Assembly (NCBI GenBank): GCA_964389795.1
Contig: CAYMEY010000008.1
Span: 14,851-78,850 of the forward strand
Reading direction: 5' to 3'
Source: an uncultured Alcanivoracaceae bacterium
Lineage (GTDB): Bacteria; Pseudomonadota; Gammaproteobacteria; Pseudomonadales; Alcanivoracaceae
DNA length: 64,000 nucleotides
Both the position numbers and the translations under genes were made by a program. Shown piece by piece: positions 1 to 9,603 of the stretch; within the stretch, counting starts at the first letter, position 1, and the number at the start of each line of letters is the position of its first letter. The notes under the pieces are model-generated. The model ran no database searches and was not told where the DNA came from. It worked only from the letters and a program-made list of their open reading frames with translations.

Positions 1-2
1 TC

Positions 3-923
<921 letters not shown>

Positions 924-973
924 GCGCGCCGCGTCGATCGCGCGCGCAGTCGTACTATCCGCGGAGGCCCGCC

Positions 974-1807
974 ATCGCCAGCCTGTTTTCTGACAGTAAC
1001 CGCTCCGGCTACCGCCTGCTGGCGGTATTGTCTGTGTGTGTGGTGATGATTTTTGTCGACCTGCGCACCACCGTTCTGGCGCCTGTCAGGCAGATTCTCG
1101 GTTACCCGGTCGGCGTCGTTCAGTACCTTGCCTACCTGCCTACCTCGATGGCGTCCTGGGTCTCGTCTCAGGCGCGCACCACCGAAACCCTGCGTGAAGA
1201 CAACCAGCGGCTGGAGCGTCAGCTGCTGATCCTGCAGCAAAAAGCCCAGCGGTTGGCCGTACTGGAAGCCGAAAACGTGCGGTTGCGTGAACTGCTGAAT
1301 TCCTCCGCACGGCTGGACGCTCGTGTATCCGTCGCCGAAATCGTCGGTGTGGAGCCAGACCCCAATCGTCAGGAAATCCTGGTCAATAAAGGTAGCGACA
1401 GCGCCTTCAAGGGGCAGGCGGTGCTGGATGCCAACGGCCTGATGGGGCAGGTGGTGGAGGTCGGTCCGTTGGCATCGCGTGTATTGCTGATTACCGATGC
1501 CACCCACGCCCTGTCGGTGCAGATCAATCGCAATGGCATTCGCTCCATCCTCGCCGGCACTGGCTACAGTGATCGCCTGCGGCTTTTATATGTGCCGGAA
1601 ACGGCGGACATCATCGAAGGGGACCTGCTGGTGACCACGGGTCTGGGCAAGCGCTACCCGGCGGGCTATCCGGTTGCGCTGGTGACACGGGTCAGCAAGC
1701 AGCCTGGTCAGGCCTTCCTGCTGATTGAGGCGCGCCCGACCGCGCAGATTGATCGCGCCAGCCATGTGCTTATGGTCGCCGGTGCGCCGTCGGAGGACGA
1801 TCAGTGA
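974..1807 (+). CDS. mreC: Rod-shape protein MreC. The start is probably ATC 974; the first canonical start is TTG 1028.
   Basis: It sits between mreB and mreD and has a coiled-coil region (LERQLLILQQKAQRLAVLEAENVRLRELL). The in-frame codons upstream of 1028 encode ASLFSDSNRSGYRLLAVL, which matches the conserved MreC N-terminus. GGAGG lies at 963-967. Confidence 0.9.
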   Translation: MASLFSDSNRSGYRLLAVLSVCVVMIFVDLRTTVLAPVRQILGYPVGVVQYLAYLPTSMASWVSSQARTTETLREDNQRLERQLLILQQKAQRLAVLEAENVRLRELLNSSARLDARVSVAEIVGVEPDPNRQEILVNKGSDSAFKGQAVLDANGLMGQVVEVGPLASRVLLITDATHALSVQINRNGIRSILAGTGYSDRLRLLYVPETADIIEGDLLVTTGLGKRYPAGYPVALVTRVSKQPGQAFLLIEARPTAQIDRASHVLMVAGAPSEDDQ

Positions 1808-2295
1808 GCCGTAACCAGTCCGCCGGCACGCCGATCATTATCGTTACTCTGCTGGTAGCCGGGTGGCTGGAAGTCCTGCCGCTGCCGGATGCGGTCGAAT
1901 ACCTGCGCCCGCAGTGGCTGGTGTTGGCCATGGTGTACTGGGCGATTGCCCTGCCGCATCGGATCGGCGTGGTCTGGGGTGCCTCGGTGGGACTGGTTCA
2001 GGATGTATTGCTTGGCACGGTGCTCGGCCAGCATGCGCTGGCCATGACACTGGCGGTATACATTGCCCAGTCAACCTACAAACGTCTGCGCGTGTTTCCG
2101 CCGATCCAGCAAAGCGGGGTGGTTTTCCTGCTGGTGGGCGTGGCGGTGATTGCCAGCTATCTGGTGCAGGACTATGCCGGCCGCGCATTGTTGCCGCCCA
2201 TGACCATGCTGCTGTCTGCTCTGGCCAGCGCCGTGCTCTGGCGCCCGGTATTCACCTCGTTACGCTGGACCCGCCGCCGCTTCCTGGTGCGCTGA
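1804..2295 (+). CDS. mreD: Rod-shape protein MreD
   Basis: A 163-aa polytopic membrane protein. Its GTG start overlaps the mreC stop (GTGA). The position is conserved. Confidence 0.9.
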   Translation: MSRNQSAGTPIIIVTLLVAGWLEVLPLPDAVEYLRPQWLVLAMVYWAIALPHRIGVVWGASVGLVQDVLLGTVLGQHALAMTLAVYIAQSTYKRLRVFPPIQQSGVVFLLVGVAVIASYLVQDYAGRALLPPMTMLLSALASAVLWRPVFTSLRWTRRRFLVR

Positions 2296-2894
2296 TGGCG
2301 CGCCTGTTCCTCGCCTCTGCCTCTCCACGTCGTGCGGAGCTATTGCGCCAGATCGGTGTGCCGTTTGGATTGCTGAAGGCACCGGATATCGACGAAACCC
2401 CCCATGCCGATGAGTCGGCGGACGACTACGTCAAGCGCATGGCGCGAGAGAAGGCCGCGGCTGGCGCACGGCAGCTGCGGCCACAGGACCGCCCGTGCCG
2501 GGTGCTCGGGGCAGATACCTGTGTGGTGCTGGATGGCCGGATTCTCGGCAAGCCGTCTGACCGGGCCGAGGCCATCAGTATGCTGACGGCGCTGGCCGGC
2601 AGGGAACATCAGGTCCTCAGCGCAGTCTGTCTGGAGAGAGAGGGCCAATGTTGGCAGGCCAGTTCAGACACGCGTGTCACGTTCCGGTCACTGGATGCGG
2701 GCCAGATTAGTCGCTATGTCGACACCGGTGAGGGCATGGACAAGGCCGGTGGCTATGGCATCCAGGGATTCGGGGCGGTATTGGTGGCGTCAATCTCTGG
2801 CAGTTACAGTGGGGTAGTTGGTTTGCCGTTGGCGGAAACTGCAACACTGTTGGAAGCCGCCGGCGTGCCGTTCTGGCAATCACCCCACGCATAA
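2295..2894 (+). CDS. maf: Maf/YhdE-type nucleoside triphosphate pyrophosphatase
   Basis: MARLFLASASPRRAELLRQIGVPF...GGYGIQG motifs. ATG 2295 overlaps the mreD stop. The long 1863 ORF is an artefactual N-terminal extension. Confidence 0.93.
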   Translation: MARLFLASASPRRAELLRQIGVPFGLLKAPDIDETPHADESADDYVKRMAREKAAAGARQLRPQDRPCRVLGADTCVVLDGRILGKPSDRAEAISMLTALAGREHQVLSAVCLEREGQCWQASSDTRVTFRSLDAGQISRYVDTGEGMDKAGGYGIQGFGAVLVASISGSYSGVVGLPLAETATLLEAAGVPFWQSPHA

Positions 2895-2907
2895 AAAGGT
2901 AGTGCAG

Positions 2908-5900
2908 GTGTCATCACGCAGGTCCAGACAGCCGCTGAACCACAAGGTCCGCGCCAGATTATTGATGCTGGTCGCGGTGCTGGTGCTGTTGATGACGGCA
3001 TGGGTAGTCCTCGGTCGGCAGTTGATGCAACTGGTGCCGAACTATCGCCATGATCTTGAGCAGCTGGTCGAAGCCCGGATCAATACACCGCTGGAGATAG
3101 GTGCGCTCAGCGGTTACATGGATGGTGCATCGCCGGTGTTCGTGTTCGACAACGTACGGCTGCCCAGTGCCGGGGAGTCGGCACCGTTACATATCAATCG
3201 TGTTGAGCTGACGGTCGATGTATTGGCGTCGGTCACCAGTCGCACCTTGCGAGCGCGTCAACTGCGTGTCAGCGGCATTGACCTGCACCTGTCGATCAGC
3301 CCTGAGGGCAAGGTGCAGCTGACCGGTCTTGATGGCTTGGGTAGTGCTGCAGGCAGCAATCGCAAGCCGCCGCTGGATACCCTGCTCGACCTTATTTACC
3401 GGCAGAAGCGGCTGGTGGTGGAAGATGCCCGCGGCGTGTTGTCGTTGGCTGACCTGCCAGATATTGAAGTGGCGGATCTTGCCGTGGCAGTGGTGTCATC
3501 CGGCAGCCGCCATCGTCTGTCACTCAAGGCGCGTACGGCGGACCGGCCGGTGGAAGTGGATGTCCGGGTGGTGGTGGACGGTGATGCACACAGCCTGGCT
3601 GAGTTGAACGGCGACGCCTGGGTGCATATTCAGGCGGCGGAAGCAGATCCCTGGATCAACGCGGTGCTGGCTGGTCGCGCCCATATTGCTGACCTGAATG
3701 GCTCCGCCCAGTTCTGGTTAAGTGTGCAGCAGGGTCAACTGCGGCGCGCCAGCGCCGAACTGGCGTTTGATGCAGTGAGCGTGGACGCCCCCTCCATGTC
3801 GACGCCGCTGCAATTGCAGGGATTGTCGTTGCAAGCGGGTCTGCGTAAGCAAGCCAGTGATTATGTGTTGCAGCTCGCCAGGCTGACGATTCAACAGCCG
3901 CAGCATGCATTGCATCTGGGGCCGGTAGCGGCGGCATGGAACGGCCACACTGATGATCAATTGGCGTGGCGCGTCGCCGCACGCGATCTGGACATTACTG
4001 CTGCACGCGCCTGGGCGGTCGGGCTGCCAGTTAAATGGCAACCGGCGCAACAGGCGATACTTGACCGAATGATGCAGCTCAAACCGGCTGGCGAACTGGA
4101 AGCATTGTTTGCGCGGGGCGGTCGCGGCGTCGATGCATTCAGTGCCCGGTTCGAAGCATTAAGCAGTAATGCCCATGAAAAATTCCCAGGCGTCAGTGGC
4201 GTGAGTGGATGGGCTGCGGGTGATCTGTCAGCGGGCACGTTGATGCTGGACAGCGACGCGTTGGCGCTCAATTTGCCTTTGTTGTTTCGTGCGCCGATGC
4301 AAATGCAAGCCAGCGGGCCTGTGCGCTGGCAGCGTGATGCGGACAATGCCGCAGTGCTGCAAACGGGTTGGCTGAGAGTACGTAACGAAGACGCTCATGG
4401 TCGCGCAGTGGCTGAGGTCAATCTTGTCCCGGAGCAGATGCCGCGCCTGTCTTTGATTGCCTCGCTGTCTGACGGTAATGCGCATGCCGCGCCTCGCTAT
4501 ATTCCGCTCAAACGATTGCCTGAGCCGGTGTCCGACTGGTTGTCTTCGGCGTTTGTCAGTGGCCGGGTGGATCGCGGTGCGTTCATTTATGAAGGTCCGG
4601 TGAAAATTAATCCGGATCGACAGCAGGACAGAACCTTGCAAGTGGCCATTCTCGGGCGTGACCTGCAGTTGCATTTTTTGCCCGGCTGGCCGTTGGTGCG
4701 TGGCCTCAATGTTGATGCGGTCATCGATGGCCGTGAAATTCGTGGTCGTGATATCAGTGGCCGCATTTTCTCGTCACGACTGGATCATGCCAGCGCTGAT
4801 ATCCCTTCCTATATTACCGGCGAGGCGCCGGAGCTGGTGATCTATTCAAATGTCGCCGGTCCGGCCAATGATCTCCAGCGGTTGCTGCAGGAAACACCGT
4901 TGCGCGAGAAGCTGCCGGAGGAACTGGCGGACTGGCAGGTGGGCGTTGGTCAGATGCGAGGCAATGCATTGCTGTATGTGCCGCTGGGGGCAAGTGACAA
5001 CAGTATGCAGGTGCTGGTGAATGCCGGGCTCAAGAGTACGGAAATCAGCAACGCCGAGCGCCGACTGGCATTGAATGATATCAACGGCAGCACTTACTTC
5101 AGTCTCAGTGATGGGCTGCAGGCGCCGCAACTGCAGGCCAGCCTGTGGGGTCAGCCTGTGACCGCCAGTGTCAGCAGCCAGAAGCAGAAAACCTCTTTGC
5201 AATTCAGCGGTAGCCAGCCGGTATCGGCGGTAAGTGACTGGCTGGAGGCAAAGTGGTTGCGGGCCGCCAGTGGCACGCTCAGTTATCGTGCGGCGATGAA
5301 TCTGCCCGGCGACAGTGCCGACGTCGAGCTCAATGTTGATGCTGATCTGAAAGATGTTGCGCTGGCGTTGCCTGCGCCTTTGGCGCGAAAGCCAGGCAAG
5401 CCATTGTCGGGGACATTACGCCTGACGGCCAACGCTGACGTGCAGGACCTGTCGATTCAGCTGGGTAGTTTGCTGGATGGCAAGATGCGCCTGGTCGCCG
5501 GTCAGGTCGAGCGCGGTCAATTCGTGCTCAACGAGCGCAACGCAAAGATGCCCATGCAGCCTGGTGTGTGGGTGACCGGTACGGTACCGACGCTGAAGGT
5601 CACGGACTGGATTGAGTATTTCTCCGCCACCAGCGGTGATGAGCTCGGAGACAAACCATTTCCGCTCAGCAAGGTGTCGTTGCAGACCAGCCGTCTGAAC
5701 TTGTTTGACCTGGGTATTGATGACGCGTTGATTCAGGTGGTGCCGGAGTCGACCGAGTGGCGTTATATGGTCGACAGTGATCAATTGGCTGGCCATGCGC
5801 TGGTGCCGGACGGATATCAGCCGCGCGGAGCTGTGCCGATGACGATCGCTGTTCAGCACCTGTTTATCGACAGCGAGACCAATCTTCCCGCCGCTGACGA

Positions 5901-6762
5901 AAATCAGCCAGCGCCAGAGCTGCTGGATATCAATCCCAATGATATGCCCATCGCCGATGTCAGTATCGATACAGTGGTGATGGATGACGAAGATTACGGG
6001 CAGTGGAATTTCAAACTGCGACCGGCACCGGAAGGTGCGCAGGTTAGTGCCATTCAAGGACTGATTCGTACTGCCCAGGTCAGCGGTACCATTGACTGGA
6101 GCAAAACGAAAACGTCGGTCACCAGTCATTTTATCGGCCGCGTGGAATCAAGGGATGTATCGAGCATGCTCAAGCAGTGGGATTTTCCGCCAGTGCTGGA
6201 GAGTGACAAGATGCGCTCTATTCTTGATGTGAGTTGGGCCGGCTCGCCGCTGGACTTTGACCCGCTGGCAATGCGCGGCAAGGCGTCTCTCGAGATCGGT
6301 GAAAGCCGCTTTCCGAAAACAGATTCAAAAACGTCCGCGCTGCGCGTGCTGGGTGTGTTCAATCTTGGTACCGTCAGCCGCCGCTTGCGTCTGGATTTCA
6401 CCGACTTGTACAAGAAAGGGCTGATCTGCGACAGCATTGGCGGCGACTTCGAAGTGGATGGCCCGCTATTGACCACAGGCAATCTGGTAATCAAATCCCC
6501 GTCTGCAGAGTTTCGCATCAAGGGGCAAGTCGATATGAACACCACGGAACTCAATCATCAGGTGGAGGTGACCTTGCCGGTGTCATCCAATCTGTATGTG
6601 GGGTGTCTGGCCGGGCCTACCGCATGTGCAGGTATATTTGTGGTGGAGCGCCTGTGGGGTAACAAACTTGAGAAAATGACGACGCTTGGTTATCAGGTGA
6701 CCGGTAGCTGGGAAGATCCCAAGGTGGAAGAAGTGCAAGGCATATTCGAGCGCAAGAAATGA
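2908..6762 (+). CDS. yhdP: YhdP/AsmA2-family large envelope protein (DUF3971, TIGR02099-like)
   Basis: About 1285 aa with an N-terminal TM helix (LLMLVAVLVLLMTAWVV) and the conserved C-terminal end GYQVTGSWEDPKVE. It lies downstream of mreBCD-maf as in E. coli. The start is uncertain (GTG 2902 or 2908, after AAGG). Confidence 0.85.
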   Translation: MSSRRSRQPLNHKVRARLLMLVAVLVLLMTAWVVLGRQLMQLVPNYRHDLEQLVEARINTPLEIGALSGYMDGASPVFVFDNVRLPSAGESAPLHINRVELTVDVLASVTSRTLRARQLRVSGIDLHLSISPEGKVQLTGLDGLGSAAGSNRKPPLDTLLDLIYRQKRLVVEDARGVLSLADLPDIEVADLAVAVVSSGSRHRLSLKARTADRPVEVDVRVVVDGDAHSLAELNGDAWVHIQAAEADPWINAVLAGRAHIADLNGSAQFWLSVQQGQLRRASAELAFDAVSVDAPSMSTPLQLQGLSLQAGLRKQASDYVLQLARLTIQQPQHALHLGPVAAAWNGHTDDQLAWRVAARDLDITAARAWAVGLPVKWQPAQQAILDRMMQLKPAGELEALFARGGRGVDAFSARFEALSSNAHEKFPGVSGVSGWAAGDLSAGTLMLDSDALALNLPLLFRAPMQMQASGPVRWQRDADNAAVLQTGWLRVRNEDAHGRAVAEVNLVPEQMPRLSLIASLSDGNAHAAPRYIPLKRLPEPVSDWLSSAFVSGRVDRGAFIYEGPVKINPDRQQDRTLQVAILGRDLQLHFLPGWPLVRGLNVDAVIDGREIRGRDISGRIFSSRLDHASADIPSYITGEAPELVIYSNVAGPANDLQRLLQETPLREKLPEELADWQVGVGQMRGNALLYVPLGASDNSMQVLVNAGLKSTEISNAERRLALNDINGSTYFSLSDGLQAPQLQASLWGQPVTASVSSQKQKTSLQFSGSQPVSAVSDWLEAKWLRAASGTLSYRAAMNLPGDSADVELNVDADLKDVALALPAPLARKPGKPLSGTLRLTANADVQDLSIQLGSLLDGKMRLVAGQVERGQFVLNERNAKMPMQPGVWVTGTVPTLKVTDWIEYFSATSGDELGDKPFPLSKVSLQTSRLNLFDLGIDDALIQVVPESTEWRYMVDSDQLAGHALVPDGYQPRGAVPMTIAVQHLFIDSETNLPAADENQPAPELLDINPNDMPIADVSIDTVVMDDEDYGQWNFKLRPAPEGAQVSAIQGLIRTAQVSGTIDWSKTKTSVTSHFIGRVESRDVSSMLKQWDFPPVLESDKMRSILDVSWAGSPLDFDPLAMRGKASLEIGESRFPKTDSKTSALRVLGVFNLGTVSRRLRLDFTDLYKKGLICDSIGGDFEVDGPLLTTGNLVIKSPSAEFRIKGQVDMNTTELNHQVEVTLPVSSNLYVGCLAGPTACAGIFVVERLWGNKLEKMTTLGYQVTGSWEDPKVEEVQGIFERKK

Positions 6763-7613
6763 CAACACTCAAGGTCGCCGCCATCCAGATGACATCGGTG
6801 TCAGATCTTGATGCCAATCTTCGTCATGCCGAACATGCCATGCAACAAGCCTGTGCTGCCGGTGCGCGTTTATTGCTACTGCCGGAAAATTTTGCTCTCT
6901 ATGGTGGGCAGTATCGTCGCTTTGCCGAGCAGCAGGGCGAGGCGGTGCAAGCGTGGCTCTCTCACTGGGCGAGAACGTTAGGTGTCAGCCTGATCGGTGG
7001 CACAGTGCCGTTGGCGCAGCGACCGGATGGCAGCGAGGTGGCAGATGGCAAGGTGCGCGCAAGCTGCCTGGCCTTTGGTCCGGACGGCCAGCTGCGTGCA
7101 CGTTACGACAAGCTGCATCTGTTTGACGTGGATGTGGCGGACGCTCAGGGCAGGTACTGCGAGTCGGATGTGTTCGAGCCCGGCGACGGCCTGACGGTGG
7201 TTGAACTGGAGGGCATACAGGTAGGCCTGTGTGTGTGTTACGACTTACGCTTTGCTGCTCTGGCGCGGGCATTGACGGATCGCGGTGCAGAATTGCTGGT
7301 ATACCCAAGTGCTTTCACCGAGGTCACCGGCAGCGCACACTGGCATCTGTTATTGCGCACACGTGCGGTGGAATCGGGCTGCTATGTGCTGGCGGCGGAT
7401 CAATGCGGGCAGCACAGCGCCAAGCGGCGCAGTTATGGACACAGTCTGCTGGCGGACCCGTGGGGACGCATCAGTGCAGAGCTGGACACTACGCCAGATG
7501 TCCTGTGTGCCGACCTGGACCTGCAGCGCTTGCAGGAAATTCGCGCCAGTTTGCCGTTGCATCAGCATCAGCGTCTGGCAGTGACCTTGGAAGAAAAACA
7601 CCATCATGACTGA
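6759..7613 (+). CDS. Carbon-nitrogen hydrolase (nitrilase-superfamily) protein
   Basis: It has the LLLPENF (Glu), Lys and VCYDLRF (Cys) catalytic-triad context. Its ATG overlaps the yhdP stop (ATGA). Confidence 0.85.
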   Translation: MTTLKVAAIQMTSVSDLDANLRHAEHAMQQACAAGARLLLLPENFALYGGQYRRFAEQQGEAVQAWLSHWARTLGVSLIGGTVPLAQRPDGSEVADGKVRASCLAFGPDGQLRARYDKLHLFDVDVADAQGRYCESDVFEPGDGLTVVELEGIQVGLCVCYDLRFAALARALTDRGAELLVYPSAFTEVTGSAHWHLLLRTRAVESGCYVLAADQCGQHSAKRRSYGHSLLADPWGRISAELDTTPDVLCADLDLQRLQEIRASLPLHQHQRLAVTLEEKHHHD

Positions 7614-9045
7614 TCGTTTTGATCTGGCCGCAAAAACACTACTGGCTCCCGCGGCGCTGGAGCCAGCAATGCTGGAGTCCGTCCTGACTGGTGCGCTACC
7701 GGCGACAGCAGACTATGCCGACCTGTACTTCCAGCACAGTGCCCACGAAAGCTGGGTGCTTGAAGACGGCGTCGTGCGTGACGGCAGCTTCAATCTCGAG
7801 CGTGGTGTGGGCGTGCGTGTCGTCAGTGGCGACAAGAGCGGCTTTGCCTATTCCGATGAAATTGACCTGCCTGCATTGCAGCAGGCCGCCGGCGCCGCGC
7901 GTGCCATAGTCCAGCAGGGACAAAATCGTCAGGTGCCGGTGTTGCAAAGCGTCGCAACGCCAGCGCTGTATCACAGCGATAACCCGATTCATGGCTGGCC
8001 GCCGGAAAAGAAAATCGAGTTGCTGAAAAGCCTCGATGCTTTGGCGCGCAGCATTGATCCCGCGGTGCGGGAAGTTAGCGCCAGCCTCAGCGCCGTGCAT
8101 GACATCATCATGGTGGTGGCCAGCGATGGCACGCTGGCAGCGGATGTGCGGCCTCTGGTGCGCGTCAATATATCCGTGATTGCCGAGCGGAATGGGCGTC
8201 GTGAGCGTGGCAGTGCCGGCGGCGGCGGCCGGGTGACGCTGGACTGGTTAATCGAACAGGATCGTGCCGCCCACTGGTGTCGTGATGCGGTGCGTCAGGC
8301 GCTGGTCAATCTTGAAGCACAGGCCGCGCCCGCTGGCACCATGCCTGTCGTGCTCGGTCCAGGTTGGCCGGGTGTATTGCTGCATGAGGCGGTCGGTCAC
8401 GGACTGGAAGGCGATTTCAATCGCAAGGGCACATCCATGTACGCGCGCAAGTTTGGCGAAGCGGTCGCATCGTCAAAATGTACGGTGGTGGATGACGGCA
8501 CCCTGGTTGGTCGCCGTGGCTCCCTGAACATTGACGATGAAGGTGTGGCGACACAGTGCACGACCCTGATAGAAAACGGCAAGCTGGTCGGTTTTATGCA
8601 GGACAAGATGAACGCGCGCCTGATGAATGTCGCACCGACAGGCAATGGCCGCCGGGAATCCTATGCACATTTGCCGATGCCACGTATGACTAACACCTAT
8701 ATGTTGCCGGGCGAACAGGCGCCTGAAGAAATCATCGCGTCACTCGATCGCGGCATCTATGCGGTGAACTTTGGTGGTGGTTCAGTGGATATCACATCTG
8801 GCCGCTTCGTGTTTTCCACCAGCGAGGCGTATCTGGTCGAGAAAGGCAAGATCATTTGCCCGGTCAAGGGCGCCACCCTGATTGGCGGGGGTGACGAAGT
8901 GATGCGCAATATTTCCATGGTCGGCAATGATCTGGCGCTGGACACTGGTATTGGTGTCTGTGGCAAGGAAGGTCAGTCGGTGCCGGTGGGCGTTGGCCAG
9001 CCGACCTTGCGCGTGGATGCCCTGACCGTGGGCGGCACCGCCTGA
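7606..9045 (+). CDS. tldD: Metalloprotease TldD
   Basis: HEAVGHGLE zinc motif, 479 aa, with its partner pmbA nearby. Confidence 0.95.
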   Translation: MTDRFDLAAKTLLAPAALEPAMLESVLTGALPATADYADLYFQHSAHESWVLEDGVVRDGSFNLERGVGVRVVSGDKSGFAYSDEIDLPALQQAAGAARAIVQQGQNRQVPVLQSVATPALYHSDNPIHGWPPEKKIELLKSLDALARSIDPAVREVSASLSAVHDIIMVVASDGTLAADVRPLVRVNISVIAERNGRRERGSAGGGGRVTLDWLIEQDRAAHWCRDAVRQALVNLEAQAAPAGTMPVVLGPGWPGVLLHEAVGHGLEGDFNRKGTSMYARKFGEAVASSKCTVVDDGTLVGRRGSLNIDDEGVATQCTTLIENGKLVGFMQDKMNARLMNVAPTGNGRRESYAHLPMPRMTNTYMLPGEQAPEEIIASLDRGIYAVNFGGGSVDITSGRFVFSTSEAYLVEKGKIICPVKGATLIGGGDEVMRNISMVGNDLALDTGIGVCGKEGQSVPVGVGQPTLRVDALTVGGTA

Positions 9046-9048
9046 GCT

Positions 9049-9603
9049 TCACAGTGGTTGCTGTTTTTCCAGTTGGTTGACGTAGTCCGATAATTTTTTT
9101 CGTTCGCGGCGAAATTTGTCTTTCGCATTGTTGTCGGCGTCGTCATTGACCCGCGCCATGAGGACATTGCGCGCCAGATTACGCAGGTGCTGACGGTCCG
9201 CGTGGGCAAAGCGCTCGACCATTTCATGCACCAGGGCGGCGCTGTCCTTGATATCGGCAAGTGCCAGCAGACGGTCCTGCCATTCCTGCAGCCAGCGCAA
9301 CCGAAACGGGTTGTCGAGTTCGGTCAGGGCCTCTTCAACGCGGTCACCGTTGTCTTCACGCATCACGCGGCCAACGAATTGTGCATGACGGCGACGCGCC
9401 TCATGGGCGCTGATGCGACGCGATTCATCAATGGCGCGGCGCAGGCGGTCGCTCAGGGGCAGGCGGTTGAGATCGGCGGGTTTCAGCGACATCAGCTTTT
9501 CGCCAAGCGCCTGCAACCGGTCTGACTCGCGTTTGCGCTCGGTTTTGCTAGTGTATTCGTCGTCGCTATACTCTTCCATCAAGCTACTCTCAAGGATGTT
9601 CAT
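9049..9603 (-). CDS. yjgA: Ribosome-associated protein YjgA (DUF615 / DarP)
   Basis: An acidic N-terminus followed by a charged helical protein, divergent from pmbA as in E. coli. The start is either ATG 9603 or ATG 9579 (MEEYSDDEY). Confidence 0.85.
   Translation of the reverse strand: MNILESSLMEEYSDDEYTSKTERKRESDRLQALGEKLMSLKPADLNRLPLSDRLRRAIDESRRISAHEARRRHAQFVGRVMREDNGDRVEEALTELDNPFRLRWLQEWQDRLLALADIKDSAALVHEMVERFAHADRQHLRNLARNVLMARVNDDADNNAKDKFRRERKKLSDYVNQLEKQQPL

Noticed and set aside
1863-2894. Long versions of ORFs in the track that overlap upstream genes: maf from 1863, yhdP from 2818, pmbA from 9413, lptB to 17695, lptC to 18738, hisC from 24429, the lipid kinase from 28251, the hydrolase from 31200, sspB from 38679, yraN to 43246, ftsI from 48304 and ftsW from 55205.
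   Set aside because: The extensions lack homology to the families and overlap the preceding genes. Internal starts with an SD sequence or stop-start coupling (ATGA, GTGA, TGATG) give proteins of canonical length.
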